Below, in pieces: positions 47,438-55,770 of a stretch of DNA of 64,000 nucleotides. The notes under the pieces are model-generated. The model did no database searches and was not told the origin of the DNA. It worked only from the letters and a program-made list of their open reading frames with translations. Position 1 is the first letter of the stretch, and every line of letters starts with the position of its first letter. The DNA is from a virus. Position numbers and translations under genes: made by a program. The DNA lies in the IMG/VR virus record IMGVR_UViG_3300005613_000004; one strand, given 5' to 3'.

Positions 47438-48106
47438 ATGAAAAAATTAATTGTAGGATTACTAGCAGCAGCACTTTCAGTTCCTGCATTAGCAAAAGAT
47501 CCAAAAGTAGAATGGTATACTCCAGAAGCTACAGGGTGTATGATTCTGGGAGAATGTAAAGAAGATGTCAAACAAATATACAATTTACTTGATGTGTCTT
47601 CTGAGTATGATAATATTGATAGTTTTACTCATATTACTAATGAGTTCAACTTCATGCTTGTTTATCTCAACCAAATCGGAATTGATGTGTTTTTAGCAGA
47701 TGAAAAGTATTTTGCTCCACTTGCTAGAGGTTTATATCACTCCGAACATAATAAATTTTTCTTGAATAAAGCATTCATGAAGAGACCTAGTGCTTTGATG
47801 TCAGTGATGAGACATGAAGGATATCATGCTGCACAAGATTGCATGGCAGGAACAATTGATAATAGTTTTCTTGCTATTATTGAACCCGAAGAAAATGTTC
47901 CTCAGTATTGGCAAAATGTTGTAGAAGATAATTATCCCAAAGAAGCATGGCCATGGGAGAAGGAAGCAATGTGGGCGGGGCATACTGAAGGTATGACATT
48001 GAAAGCACTGAAAGCATGTGCATCAGATATTCCTATGTGGGAAATTTATGAACCTACACCTTTAACCCGTGAATGGTTAGTTAAGCAAGGATTTATGAAT
48101 AAATAA
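47438..48106 (+). CDS. Secreted zincin-like metallopeptidase
   Basis: Signal peptide ending PALA; HEGYH (HExxH), downstream WEKEA. Confidence 0.7.
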   Translation: MKKLIVGLLAAALSVPALAKDPKVEWYTPEATGCMILGECKEDVKQIYNLLDVSSEYDNIDSFTHITNEFNFMLVYLNQIGIDVFLADEKYFAPLARGLYHSEHNKFFLNKAFMKRPSALMSVMRHEGYHAAQDCMAGTIDNSFLAIIEPEENVPQYWQNVVEDNYPKEAWPWEKEAMWAGHTEGMTLKALKACASDIPMWEIYEPTPLTREWLVKQGFMNK

Positions 48107-48201
48107 TAAAATCATACATAAGAAACCAGCCAAGAAGAGTTTCATGAGAATCACTTCTATGTTATAATTGGGAACTCTTTGTTGGATATTAAAACTCCGG
48201 T

Positions 48202-48396
48202 ATGACTAATTTAACCAGAGACGTATTAATCAAAACTATTGTTGCTGATGAAATGAAAAGTTGCAATGGTGAAGAATATGCAAAAGAACTTAAAAATTCC
48301 TATCACAAATGGGAACATGAATCAAGTGAAATTCTCTGTAAACAATATAATAAAATAGTCCATACAAATTTGACTGTTGAAGTACTGAACCCATAA
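48202..48396 (+). CDS. Hypothetical protein
   Basis: 64 aa ORF. Confidence 0.6.
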   Translation: MTNLTRDVLIKTIVADEMKSCNGEEYAKELKNSYHKWEHESSEILCKQYNKIVHTNLTVEVLNP

Positions 48397-48402
48397 ATAC
48401 AT

Positions 48403-48762
48403 ATGTTCAGAATCATCAGACAAATGCTTCCTAAAAAGAAGAATAGTCATGGGAATGATGATGAATTTCATTGGCATGAAGAAGGAATTTCTAGTTTTGT
48501 TAGGTTAATTGTTCTTGGATGGACTGGTGCTATTTTAACCCTTAACTACGTATCAATTCCAGGTATTCCTCAGCAAAAAATTGATCCCACTTTTATTGCC
48601 AGTGTTTTTACTGGAACCTTAGCTACTTTTGGTGTTACTCCATCAAAGTCTAATAGCAATGGAAGTAGTGGGCAGCAGGGAAAAGTGAATGCAGTTTCTG
48701 CTGCTAAGTCAAAGAAAGAAGATGATGATGATGATAAAGACAAAAAAATTTATGGTGTATGA
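48403..48762 (+). CDS. Hypothetical membrane protein
   Basis: Two hydrophobic segments; IDPTFIASVFTGTLATFGV. Confidence 0.7.
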   Translation: MFRIIRQMLPKKKNSHGNDDEFHWHEEGISSFVRLIVLGWTGAILTLNYVSIPGIPQQKIDPTFIASVFTGTLATFGVTPSKSNSNGSSGQQGKVNAVSAAKSKKEDDDDDKDKKIYGV

Positions 48763-49079
48763 TGAAATTTGAACATAAGTTTGAATATGAATGGGGTGGA
48801 GAAGATACTTGGTATACAAAATCTAAACGATGGGCAAAAAAGCAAAATCCAATAATTAGAAGTTTGGTATTGGGTTTTATTGAATGGTTATGGATTAAGT
48901 GGATAGAAGGAAAAGTAAAAATGGAAATGTCTTCTGTTGATAAGCAAGCAGAAGAAATAGTCGATATGTGGGAAATTCAAGATAAACCGATTGTAAAATC
49001 AGAGAAATCTGAAGTTGAGGGACTAGATATTATTAGTATCTCTACTTTTGATGAATCTGATTCTTCGACCACTAAGTAA
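48759..49079 (+). CDS. Hypothetical protein
   Basis: 106 aa ORF with coupled start. Confidence 0.6.
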   Translation: MMKFEHKFEYEWGGEDTWYTKSKRWAKKQNPIIRSLVLGFIEWLWIKWIEGKVKMEMSSVDKQAEEIVDMWEIQDKPIVKSEKSEVEGLDIISISTFDESDSSTTK

Positions 49080-49251
49080 TACTGACAATGTTACATGGTC
49101 AATTATTTGGTGCATGATTATACTTCTTTTGGGTGTTTCTTATTGCATATATACTATTATGAAAGTAGCATATGAGGAATTAGAAGATGGGATCCATGAT
49201 TCCCCCAAGCAGGAAGAGTTGTTACAATTTCAGAGTGATAGAGATCAATAG
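49048..49251 (+). CDS. Hypothetical single-TM protein
   Basis: VTWSIIWCMIILLLGVSYCIY. Confidence 0.55.
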   Translation: MMNLILRPLSNTDNVTWSIIWCMIILLLGVSYCIYTIMKVAYEELEDGIHDSPKQEELLQFQSDRDQ

Positions 49252-49648
49252 AGTTGTTGACGGAGATACAATTGATGTCACGATTGATCTCGGTTTTGAC
49301 CTTTATAAAAAGGAAAGAGTTAGAGTTGCTGGTGTGGACACGCCAGAAAAGAGAACAAGAGACCTTGAGGAAAAGGAACTTGGATACGATGCAACAAACT
49401 GGCTTAAAGAAAAACTCGAATCGGCGGTGGATGGCGATGATGATCTTATTATCCGTACTGAACTTGTTGGTGGTGTTGGCAAATACGGGCGTCTTTTGGG
49501 TTGGCTTTACATTGGGGACAGAGATTTGTCCCTTAACGAACAAATGATTGCTGAAGGACTAGCGTGGGAATACGATGGGGGGACAAAGAAAAAAGATTTT
49601 GAGCAATTAAGGGAAATTCGCAGACAACATGGCACCCTTATTGAATGA
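49187..49648 (+). CDS. Thermonuclease (SNase-like)
   Basis: VDGDTI, RVAGVDTPE, KYGRLLG. Confidence 0.88.
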   Translation: MGSMIPPSRKSCYNFRVIEINRVVDGDTIDVTIDLGFDLYKKERVRVAGVDTPEKRTRDLEEKELGYDATNWLKEKLESAVDGDDDLIIRTELVGGVGKYGRLLGWLYIGDRDLSLNEQMIAEGLAWEYDGGTKKKDFEQLREIRRQHGTLIE

Positions 49649-49884
49649 TGATAGAACCAGAAAGAAAAATTTTGAATAACTTAGAGAAATTCGTAGAGCA
49701 AATGGAACACTCTTTTGAATTGACAATGGAAGATTTTACGATCATCCAAAATGCTTTACACTATTATAAAAAATCTGATAAAAGAGGCAAGTTCTCTGAT
49801 TTTACAGAACAAAGAATTAATCTTTTAAGAGATAAATTATCTTATCAACTTATTCCAAGTAAAAATAGTAAAAAGGATTGGTAG
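49645..49884 (+). CDS. Hypothetical protein
   Basis: 79 aa ORF. Confidence 0.55.
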   Translation: MMIEPERKILNNLEKFVEQMEHSFELTMEDFTIIQNALHYYKKSDKRGKFSDFTEQRINLLRDKLSYQLIPSKNSKKDW

Positions 49885-49885
49885 A

Positions 49886-50155
49886 ATGCAAAAATTAATT
49901 AATACAATTGCACTTCTTTCTGGAATTGTATCTTTATCCGTTGTTGGTCTTGGTGGGTATCTTTATGTAAATAAGGATGCAATGATTGAGGAAGTTAGGT
50001 CCAAAGCAACTGAAGAAATTACAAAGGCAATTACGGAAGCATTGCCAGGAATGATTAATTCTGCATTGCCAGAATTTCCTGACATGACTGGAGATATTAT
50101 CCCAGAATCTACACAAACAGTGCCTAATGTAACAGGTGGTGCTATTCCTTTCTGA
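49886..50155 (+). CDS. Hypothetical protein with N-terminal TM helix
   Basis: MQKLINTIALLSGIVSLSVVGLGGYLY. Confidence 0.7.
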   Translation: MQKLINTIALLSGIVSLSVVGLGGYLYVNKDAMIEEVRSKATEEITKAITEALPGMINSALPEFPDMTGDIIPESTQTVPNVTGGAIPF

Positions 50156-50203
50156 GATAATGATGAATATTGTTAAATATTATTAGTATAGTTTTTTTTT
50201 AAA

Positions 50204-50326
50204 ATGGCTGTGTCAAATTTGAAAAGAAAAAAAGTACGTAAAAGTGATAATGAGAATAAATTTTTTCTCTATGTAATTTTTTATCATATGTTTAGTGGAA
50301 TTGCAGGATTATTCAATCATGATTAA
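50204..50326 (+). CDS. Small hypothetical protein (40 aa)
   Basis: MAVSNLKRKKVRK...FFLYVIFYHMFSGIAGLF; TAATG coupling. Confidence 0.5.
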   Translation: MAVSNLKRKKVRKSDNENKFFLYVIFYHMFSGIAGLFNHD

Positions 50327-51015
50327 TGGAAATAAAAGATATTAAGATACGGGAATTATCCATACCTGAAATTCCCGATTATTTGACGCAGATACCACAA
50401 TCAATACCAATTGCTCCTCCAGTAACAGTTCAATTGGGATTTCCTATTGTGGATCTTCCTGGATGTGTAGAATCTAATAAAGAAAAAAATCCAAAAAGCA
50501 CGTCTTTACTTAAAGATGATCCTAATGGAACAATAACACTTTGTGATGGTACTGTTCCATCGTTTAATCCTATAGAATTTACTCCTGAAGAATATTTAAT
50601 TACACCTAAATCAACTTTACCTCCTGTAAAACCTCCAAAGAATGATGCTAAGTTGCCTCAAGTTCAGGCACCAATAATTAAACCTGAGGTGGAAATTCCT
50701 CAGGTATCAACTGAAGAGAAAGAGGTTATTCTTGAGGAGGAATCAATCAATATTATTGACTATTTGCCCCCAGTAGAATCAGTTGTATCAACTGCTGTTA
50801 TTGCTTCTGCTGCTGCTACCAGCGCATTAGTTGCAAGACCACTTGCAAATCTTCTCTTAAAACTTATTAGACCTATAACAAAAAAAATAATTAAAAAAAT
50901 ATCTGATAAGTTTAGTAAACACGAAGAAATTTGGAGTGTTGCTGAACGAAGAGAATGGCAAAGAGAAAAAAATGAAGGTATTAAAGCATTAAGGAAGATT
51001 AGGGGGAGAAGATAA
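50326..51015 (+). CDS. Pro-rich hypothetical protein with C-terminal hydrophobic segment
   Basis: PPVTVQLGFPIVDLPGC; VVSTAVIASAAATSALVA. Confidence 0.7.
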   Translation: MEIKDIKIRELSIPEIPDYLTQIPQSIPIAPPVTVQLGFPIVDLPGCVESNKEKNPKSTSLLKDDPNGTITLCDGTVPSFNPIEFTPEEYLITPKSTLPPVKPPKNDAKLPQVQAPIIKPEVEIPQVSTEEKEVILEEESINIIDYLPPVESVVSTAVIASAAATSALVARPLANLLLKLIRPITKKIIKKISDKFSKHEEIWSVAERREWQREKNEGIKALRKIRGRR

Positions 51016-51846
51016 CGAACCTCCAAGATCCTCAGCATTTCTTGATATTGGTGCTGGAATCGTATGTCTATGAGGAGGAATTACACCACCAGGATTTGTT
51101 ACAATTACATCAGCACAAATTGAATAATATGGACTTTTTGGATGAAAATAAATTCCATCCCTTTTTAATTGCCCACAATTTTTAAGTCTTGCGATTTCAA
51201 AATCTAATCTTTTATTAGCAGCTTGTTGTTTCATTAAAGCAATGTTGGCAGCAGCTGCCTCTTTACATTGCTTTTGTAAATCCTCATCTAATGGTTTTGA
51301 CCAAGTGGCAGATAATCCTACACTTAAATTGTAATTATCTTTTTGACCAGTTCTTACTGGAACTTTATATAAAATATTTCCGGGATTATCTAAAGATCCA
51401 TCTTCATTAAGGTCTCTTAAGTCAAATACTGGATCATCATAAGAACCTTCAAAAGGTTTCTGTGCTGAAATTGCACCTGTTACAAATGGTGTAAAATTGA
51501 GTGTAGGACCTTGACACTGAATACCTCCACCATAGGTATTTGTAATGTAAGGTCCTTGAAGAACTTGTATAGCTTGGTTTGTAACTGAACCTGAACTATT
51601 AGCAACAGGAGCGGCAGTGGCAGATACACCACCAACTTCTTGAGCATAGGAGGGACTTCCTATTAATAAAGCAATTATTGGGTAAAGATACTTGTAGTTG
51701 TTGTAATACTCTCTACTTCTGTTGTTCTTTGGATAATTGTTTGATTGCTTAGTCCAGGACCTTGATAAGTTTCTGAAAATTGGAAAGCGGCAGAATTGTC
51801 TTTGACTTTCCAACTGGGTTTGTTGTTTAAATTTAAATTTGTCCAT
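50989..51846 (-). CDS. Hypothetical secreted protein, start uncertain
   Basis: Signal-like KYLYPIIALLIGSPSYA with no nearby ATG; Cys-containing body. Confidence 0.7.
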   Translation of the reverse strand: MDKFKFKQQTQLESQRQFCRFPIFRNLSRSWTKQSNNYPKNNRSREYYNNYKYLYPIIALLIGSPSYAQEVGGVSATAAPVANSSGSVTNQAIQVLQGPYITNTYGGGIQCQGPTLNFTPFVTGAISAQKPFEGSYDDPVFDLRDLNEDGSLDNPGNILYKVPVRTGQKDNYNLSVGLSATWSKPLDEDLQKQCKEAAAANIALMKQQAANKRLDFEIARLKNCGQLKRDGIYFHPKSPYYSICADVIVTNPGGVIPPHRHTIPAPISRNAEDLGGSLSSPPNLP

Positions 51847-52121
51847 GATGAGGTCACCCCATTTATAGTATTTGGTGTTGCTGTAACATCCGGTGTTATG
51901 CTCGAACCATTCATTTGAACATTAGTTCCAGTCACACTATATTGATATCCTGTATTATAATTTATAGAATTTATTGTTTCACTAACTTTGGATTTTGTCT
52001 CTGTTGTTGATGTTTGTGAACCTTGTGTGAAATTGGGAACAACAGGGACTGCTCCTGCAGGTTGAAGCAGTCCGTGAATAATTCCCAATATCAAACCCAA
52101 TCCAATAGATTCTTTAATCAT
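51675..52121 (-). CDS. Hypothetical secreted Thr/Ser-rich protein
   Basis: Signal peptide ending AGA, then VPVVPNFTQG. Confidence 0.75.
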   Translation of the reverse strand: MIKESIGLGLILGIIHGLLQPAGAVPVVPNFTQGSQTSTTETKSKVSETINSINYNTGYQYSVTGTNVQMNGSSITPDVTATPNTINGVTSSWTNLNLNNKPSWKVKDNSAAFQFSETYQGPGLSNQTIIQRTTEVESITTTTSIFTQ

Positions 52122-52621
52122 CTAATGGATAGTTCAGATACGAATTGTCCTGTAGCACTTGTTCCTGCTCCACCAGCAGTTAAAGTACCAATACCACCTG
52201 AAGAATCTACACTTCCTGCAAGAGTTCCTGCAACACCTCCTGAAGTTGTTGTGACGATTCCATATGCTGGAAGGGAACTCACAACACCACTTGTTACTGT
52301 TGATCCTGAATTAATTACATTAACAGCATCACCTTGTGTAAATGATTCTGTGAAGGTGATTGCTGCACCATCATTGGTTTGAGAATAAGTTCCTGCATTC
52401 ATCGTTGCCGCAGCAGTTGCACTTCCTGGTGCAGATAATCCTCCGAGAGTTGCTGTAATATTATTACCAGAAACTGAGTAAGTGCTTCCAATTCTTGTTG
52501 CCTGTGATGCTGCTGCATCAACTGTCAATTGAACACTGGAGGATAATTTACTGGTAATATCTGCATTTGCTGCTGGTGCCATCAAAAACATCATTCCTAA
52601 GAAAAGTAGAGATTTTTTCAT
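52118..52621 (-). CDS. Hypothetical secreted Gly/Ser/Thr-rich protein
   Basis: Signal peptide ending ANA; beta-rich composition. Confidence 0.75.
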   Translation of the reverse strand: MKKSLLFLGMMFLMAPAANADITSKLSSSVQLTVDAAASQATRIGSTYSVSGNNITATLGGLSAPGSATAAATMNAGTYSQTNDGAAITFTESFTQGDAVNVINSGSTVTSGVVSSLPAYGIVTTTSGGVAGTLAGSVDSSGGIGTLTAGGAGTSATGQFVSELSIR

Positions 52622-52699
52622 TTATTCGATGCAATGGGGTTTGAAATTATTTAGCATTTTTAACTTCATAAATAATCGTGAATTATTGAATTTGAACAC

Positions 52700-52927
52700 A
52701 TGAATGAACAAGTGAATCATCTCCAGCAATTAGTGGAACAAAGAGATAAATTAAGAACCGATCTTGAAACTCTTTCTACACAAACTTCGAGAAAAAGAGA
52801 ACTTGCACTTAAAACTCAAGGTGCTATTGAGTATCTTGAGGCAATTGGAGTTACACTGCCAGAACCAGAAGCAGAAGAAAAAGCAGAAGCAGCAGCGACT
52901 GAGGTTGTAGTCCCAGAAGAGGGTTGA
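52700..52927 (+). CDS. Hypothetical coiled-coil protein
   Basis: LKTQGAIEYLEAIGVTLPEPE. Confidence 0.65.
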   Translation: MNEQVNHLQQLVEQRDKLRTDLETLSTQTSRKRELALKTQGAIEYLEAIGVTLPEPEAEEKAEAAATEVVVPEEG

Positions 52928-52952
52928 CGCACAGGGCAAGAGGGATTATAAT
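52924..52952 (+). promoter_or_regulatory. sigma70 promoter for the tRNA cluster
   Basis: TTGACG-17-TATAAT. Confidence 0.75.
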
Positions 52953-52998
52953 AACTGAGTTGAGGGGGGAAAGGCATTGCCACTCCCCTTAATTCTGA

Positions 52999-53072
52999 GG
53001 GCAAGTAGTTCAGCGGATCAGAATAGCGCACTTCTAATGCGTAGGTCGGGGGTTCGAATCCCTCCTTGCCTG
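52999..53072 (+). tRNA. tRNA-Arg(TCT)
   Basis: GGGCAAG/CTTGCCT acceptor; GCGCA-CTTCTAA-TGCGT anticodon arm. Confidence 0.92.
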
Positions 53073-53095
53073 TTGGAAACCTTATGTTTCCTTAT

Positions 53096-53169
53096 TCCCC
53101 TGTAGCTCAATCAGGCAGAGCACGAAGCTGTTAACTTTGGGGTTACTGGTTCGATTCCAGTCGGGGGAG
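53096..53169 (+). tRNA. tRNA-Asn(GTT)
   Basis: TCCCCTG/CGGGGGA acceptor; CGAAG-CTGTTAA-CTTTG anticodon arm. Confidence 0.92.
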
Positions 53170-53172
53170 TTT

Positions 53173-53244
53173 GCCCTATAAGCATTGAGGCGATGCAGCG
53201 GTTTTGTAAACCGCAGAGGATGGTTCGATTTCCGTCATAGGGCT
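53173..53244 (+). tRNA. tRNA-Thr(TGT)
   Basis: GCCCTAT/ATAGGGC acceptor; GCGGT-TTTGTAA-ACCGC anticodon arm. Confidence 0.88.
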
Positions 53245-53314
53245 TGACAGAATACTCATTCTGTCTTAAAATCCCTTCCGTGTGAAGAGGTCGGGAGTTT
53301 ATCTCCCACCACTT

Positions 53315-53385
53315 GCGAAATTGGTGTAGTGGTAACATCCCATCCTTCCAAGTTGGTGTCACGGGTTCAAATCCCGTATTTCGCT
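53315..53385 (+). tRNA. tRNA-Gly(TCC)
   Basis: GCGAAAT/ATTTCGC acceptor; CCATC-CTTCCAA-GTTGG anticodon arm (one mismatch). Confidence 0.87.
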
Positions 53386-53530
53386 TTCTGGTTTTCCGTA
53401 AAACCAGAATTTATACTTAGTATAAATACTTAACCTTTTGTAATAATATAACAATAGGTAACAAACAGAACTAAGTCGAAGTTCTTTTCATCTGTGGGTA
53501 ATCATTCCACAAGTAATTAAGGTAACTATT

Positions 53531-53899
53531 ATGTTTAAATCTGTATTCGCAGCAACTGCTGCTCTCTCCATGTCCGCTGGTGCTGCTTTTGCAGGTCCAT
53601 ACGTTAATGTGGAAGCTAATTCTGGCTTTGTAGGTTCTGATTATCAGGGCACCACTACTGATGCTCATATTGGATATGCTGGAGAAGCTGGTGAGAGTGT
53701 CTCTTGGTATGTTCAAGGTGGTCCAAGTCTTGTTGCAATTGATGGTGCTGACTCTGAGACTGTCTTGTCTGGTAAAGCAGGTGCAAGTGTATCTGCAACT
53801 GATAGACTTTCTCTCTATGGTGAAGTATCTTTCGCAACTGGTATCGATGATGCTGATACCGGTTATGGAACTAAAGTTGGTGCAACTTTCAGTTTCTGA
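53531..53899 (+). CDS. Small outer-membrane beta-barrel-like protein
   Basis: Signal peptide ending AFA, GPYV start, alternating amphipathic strands, C-terminal ...KVGATFSF. Confidence 0.75.
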   Translation: MFKSVFAATAALSMSAGAAFAGPYVNVEANSGFVGSDYQGTTTDAHIGYAGEAGESVSWYVQGGPSLVAIDGADSETVLSGKAGASVSATDRLSLYGEVSFATGIDDADTGYGTKVGATFSF

Positions 53900-54015
53900 C
53901 AAAATGTTGGGGATCAAATATTAATCGATCCTTAAATCTAAATATACGGACTTCTGCTATAATACAGAAGTCCATTTTTAATGAGACAAGTAAACTTTAA
54001 TTTGGAAAAAAAGAA

Positions 54016-54375
54016 ATGAAAGCAATCGCACTTGCCGCACTGGCACTGTCAGCACTGGCGACACCTGCCCTTGCAGGACCTTATGTAGAGTCCAAGCATG
54101 AATTTAAGGGAACTGATGAAGATTTCTCTAAGGCAGTTCATCAGGGTCGTGTAGGATATGAATGGAAAACAGGTCGTTTCGCACCCTATGTAGAGGGTGG
54201 TCTTGGAGTAACGGCACCTGACGCTGGTGAAAACGAAACCTTCACCGCACTTGAAGTTGGTTCTAAAGTAAAGATCACTGATAAGTTTTCTGCTTATGGT
54301 AAGTGGGAGAACATCTTCCAAGAAGATTCTACTCGTGATTGGAAAGTAGAAGTTGGCACCAAGTATAAATTCTGA
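54016..54375 (+). CDS. Second outer-membrane beta-barrel-like protein
   Basis: Signal peptide ending ALA, GPYV start, C-terminal ...EVGTKYKF. Confidence 0.75.
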   Translation: MKAIALAALALSALATPALAGPYVESKHEFKGTDEDFSKAVHQGRVGYEWKTGRFAPYVEGGLGVTAPDAGENETFTALEVGSKVKITDKFSAYGKWENIFQEDSTRDWKVEVGTKYKF

Positions 54376-54384
54376 TAATTAATA

Positions 54385-54588
54385 ATGAAACTTAAAGCAA
54401 TCGCAGATTGGTGTATTGCATTTTGTTCTTCCCAGTTGTGGATGCTTCCAGCATCCCTTCTGGGCATTTTAATTCTTGTGCAGAGTATTCATACAAATGC
54501 ACATCTTAAAATGGAAATGGATGTGCATGGGTATTGTAGACAAAATAGAGAGCATCAAAAAAATCTACAGTTTGAGGAAGATTGGTGA
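54385..54588 (+). CDS. Hypothetical membrane protein
   Basis: One TM segment; HLKMEMDVHGYC. Confidence 0.6.
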   Translation: MKLKAIADWCIAFCSSQLWMLPASLLGILILVQSIHTNAHLKMEMDVHGYCRQNREHQKNLQFEEDW

Positions 54589-54794
54589 AAAAGAAAGTAA
54601 AGAAAATGATTGAATGGTTCTATCAGGATACTGATAGAGGAAATCAAAATATTTCTGAGTGTAAAAATCTTTATGATCTTGTAGAAAAACTTCAATATAA
54701 ACTTGAAGATTTGGAAAATGAACACATGCAGATGATGTGTGAAATGCAAAATTTGTATAAAGTAATTGGTAAATTTGATTCTAATGAAGATTAA
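54582..54794 (+). CDS. Hypothetical protein
   Basis: 70 aa ORF with coiled-coil C-terminus. Confidence 0.55.
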   Translation: MVKKKVKKMIEWFYQDTDRGNQNISECKNLYDLVEKLQYKLEDLENEHMQMMCEMQNLYKVIGKFDSNED

Positions 54795-54954
54795 TCTTTG
54801 GTATTCTGAACATCAAAAGCAATGGAGATGGACTTTATGTGATGATAAAGATAAAATGAGTCAAGAATCTGGTCAACGTCCATTTCTTAGAGATGCAATG
54901 GAAGATGTTGCCAGAACAGTTGAATATATGCTTGAATGTCAGCAAAATCCTTAA
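54784..54954 (+). CDS. Conserved hypothetical protein
   Basis: MKINLWYSEHQKQWRWTL...AMEDVARTVEY. Confidence 0.65.
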   Translation: MKINLWYSEHQKQWRWTLCDDKDKMSQESGQRPFLRDAMEDVARTVEYMLECQQNP

Positions 54955-55009
54955 AGTGTAGTTAGTATCTATAAATAACTGAAAAACTGAAGAAGTACAG
55001 AACAATACA

Positions 55010-55267
55010 ATGGATAATATAAAGATTAGATGCCGCTCTTGTGGTACAGAGTTGGAGGGGCATTATAATAAAACAGTTTCTTGTGGTTGCCCTAATATGG
55101 CAACCATTCATGGTAATAAGATTACTGCAGTTGACTTATCTCAAGTTGTTATGTTAAACTCTTACCAACCTCATCATAAAAGAGAAGTTTTGTCACAACA
55201 AGATATTCAGTGGCAAGAAAAAAGACGACAACGCAAAGTTCGTAAGTTAAACTTTGAGGTTCGTTGA
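55010..55267 (+). CDS. Hypothetical zinc-binding protein
   Basis: CRSC...CGCPN; late promoter TATAAATA at 54970. Confidence 0.7.
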   Translation: MDNIKIRCRSCGTELEGHYNKTVSCGCPNMATIHGNKITAVDLSQVVMLNSYQPHHKREVLSQQDIQWQEKRRQRKVRKLNFEVR

Positions 55268-55271
55268 TACT

Positions 55272-55358
55272 GGTAGCGTGGCAGAGTCCGGTTTATTGCG
55301 TTTGTCTTGAAAACAAATGAGGGTAATACCTCCACTGGTTCGAATCCAGTCGCTACCG
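55272..55358 (+). tRNA. tRNA-Ser(TGA)
   Basis: GGTAGCG/CGCTACC acceptor; TTTGT-CTTGAAA-ACAAA anticodon arm; long variable arm. Confidence 0.92.
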
Positions 55359-55460
55359 TTTAAAACTTTATAATTTTTTAATCACTTTGTGAAAATCAAC
55401 ACAAAGATGACAGTTTAGAAACACTTATTATAATAGCTAATAAGTGTTTGTATTAACAGC

Positions 55461-55622
55461 ATGGATCAACATACCTACGATAACTGGGTGAAAGTCAAGA
55501 AAACTTTCGAAGAATCTGGAAATACGAATAATATGTTCTATAAAAGAGCATGTGCAATTGTGAGAGGTCAGAAAGATCCTTTACAAAAACATCTTGAGGA
55601 TGGGGGATATGAAAATACATGA
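55461..55622 (+). CDS. Small hypothetical protein (53 aa)
   Basis: MDQHTYDNWVKVKKTFEESGNTNNMFYKRACAIV. Confidence 0.6.
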   Translation: MDQHTYDNWVKVKKTFEESGNTNNMFYKRACAIVRGQKDPLQKHLEDGGYENT

Positions 55623-55770
55623 TAATATTGAAGACAACAATTCTCAAGAATTACAAAAAATAAAAGAAATAATTGATAAAATAGATCGTCGGACATTAAT
55701 TAGTTCCGTGATTATCTATTCTACAATTATATACTTTATTTACTGGGGGATGAACCATGCATTTAATTGA
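55609..55770 (+). CDS. Small single-TM protein (53 aa)
   Basis: ...LISSVIIYSTIIYFIYWGMNHAFN. Confidence 0.5.
   Translation: MKIHDNIEDNNSQELQKIKEIIDKIDRRTLISSVIIYSTIIYFIYWGMNHAFN

Noticed and set aside
53273-53314. Two small hairpins between tRNA-Thr and tRNA-Gly as a degenerate tRNA
   Set aside because: No acceptor stem or T-loop; more likely a leader or processing structure
55272-55358. tRNA with TGA anticodon as a suppressor or selenocysteine tRNA
   Set aside because: Anticodon TGA reads the TCA serine codon; core genes are intact under the standard code, so there is no sign of recoding
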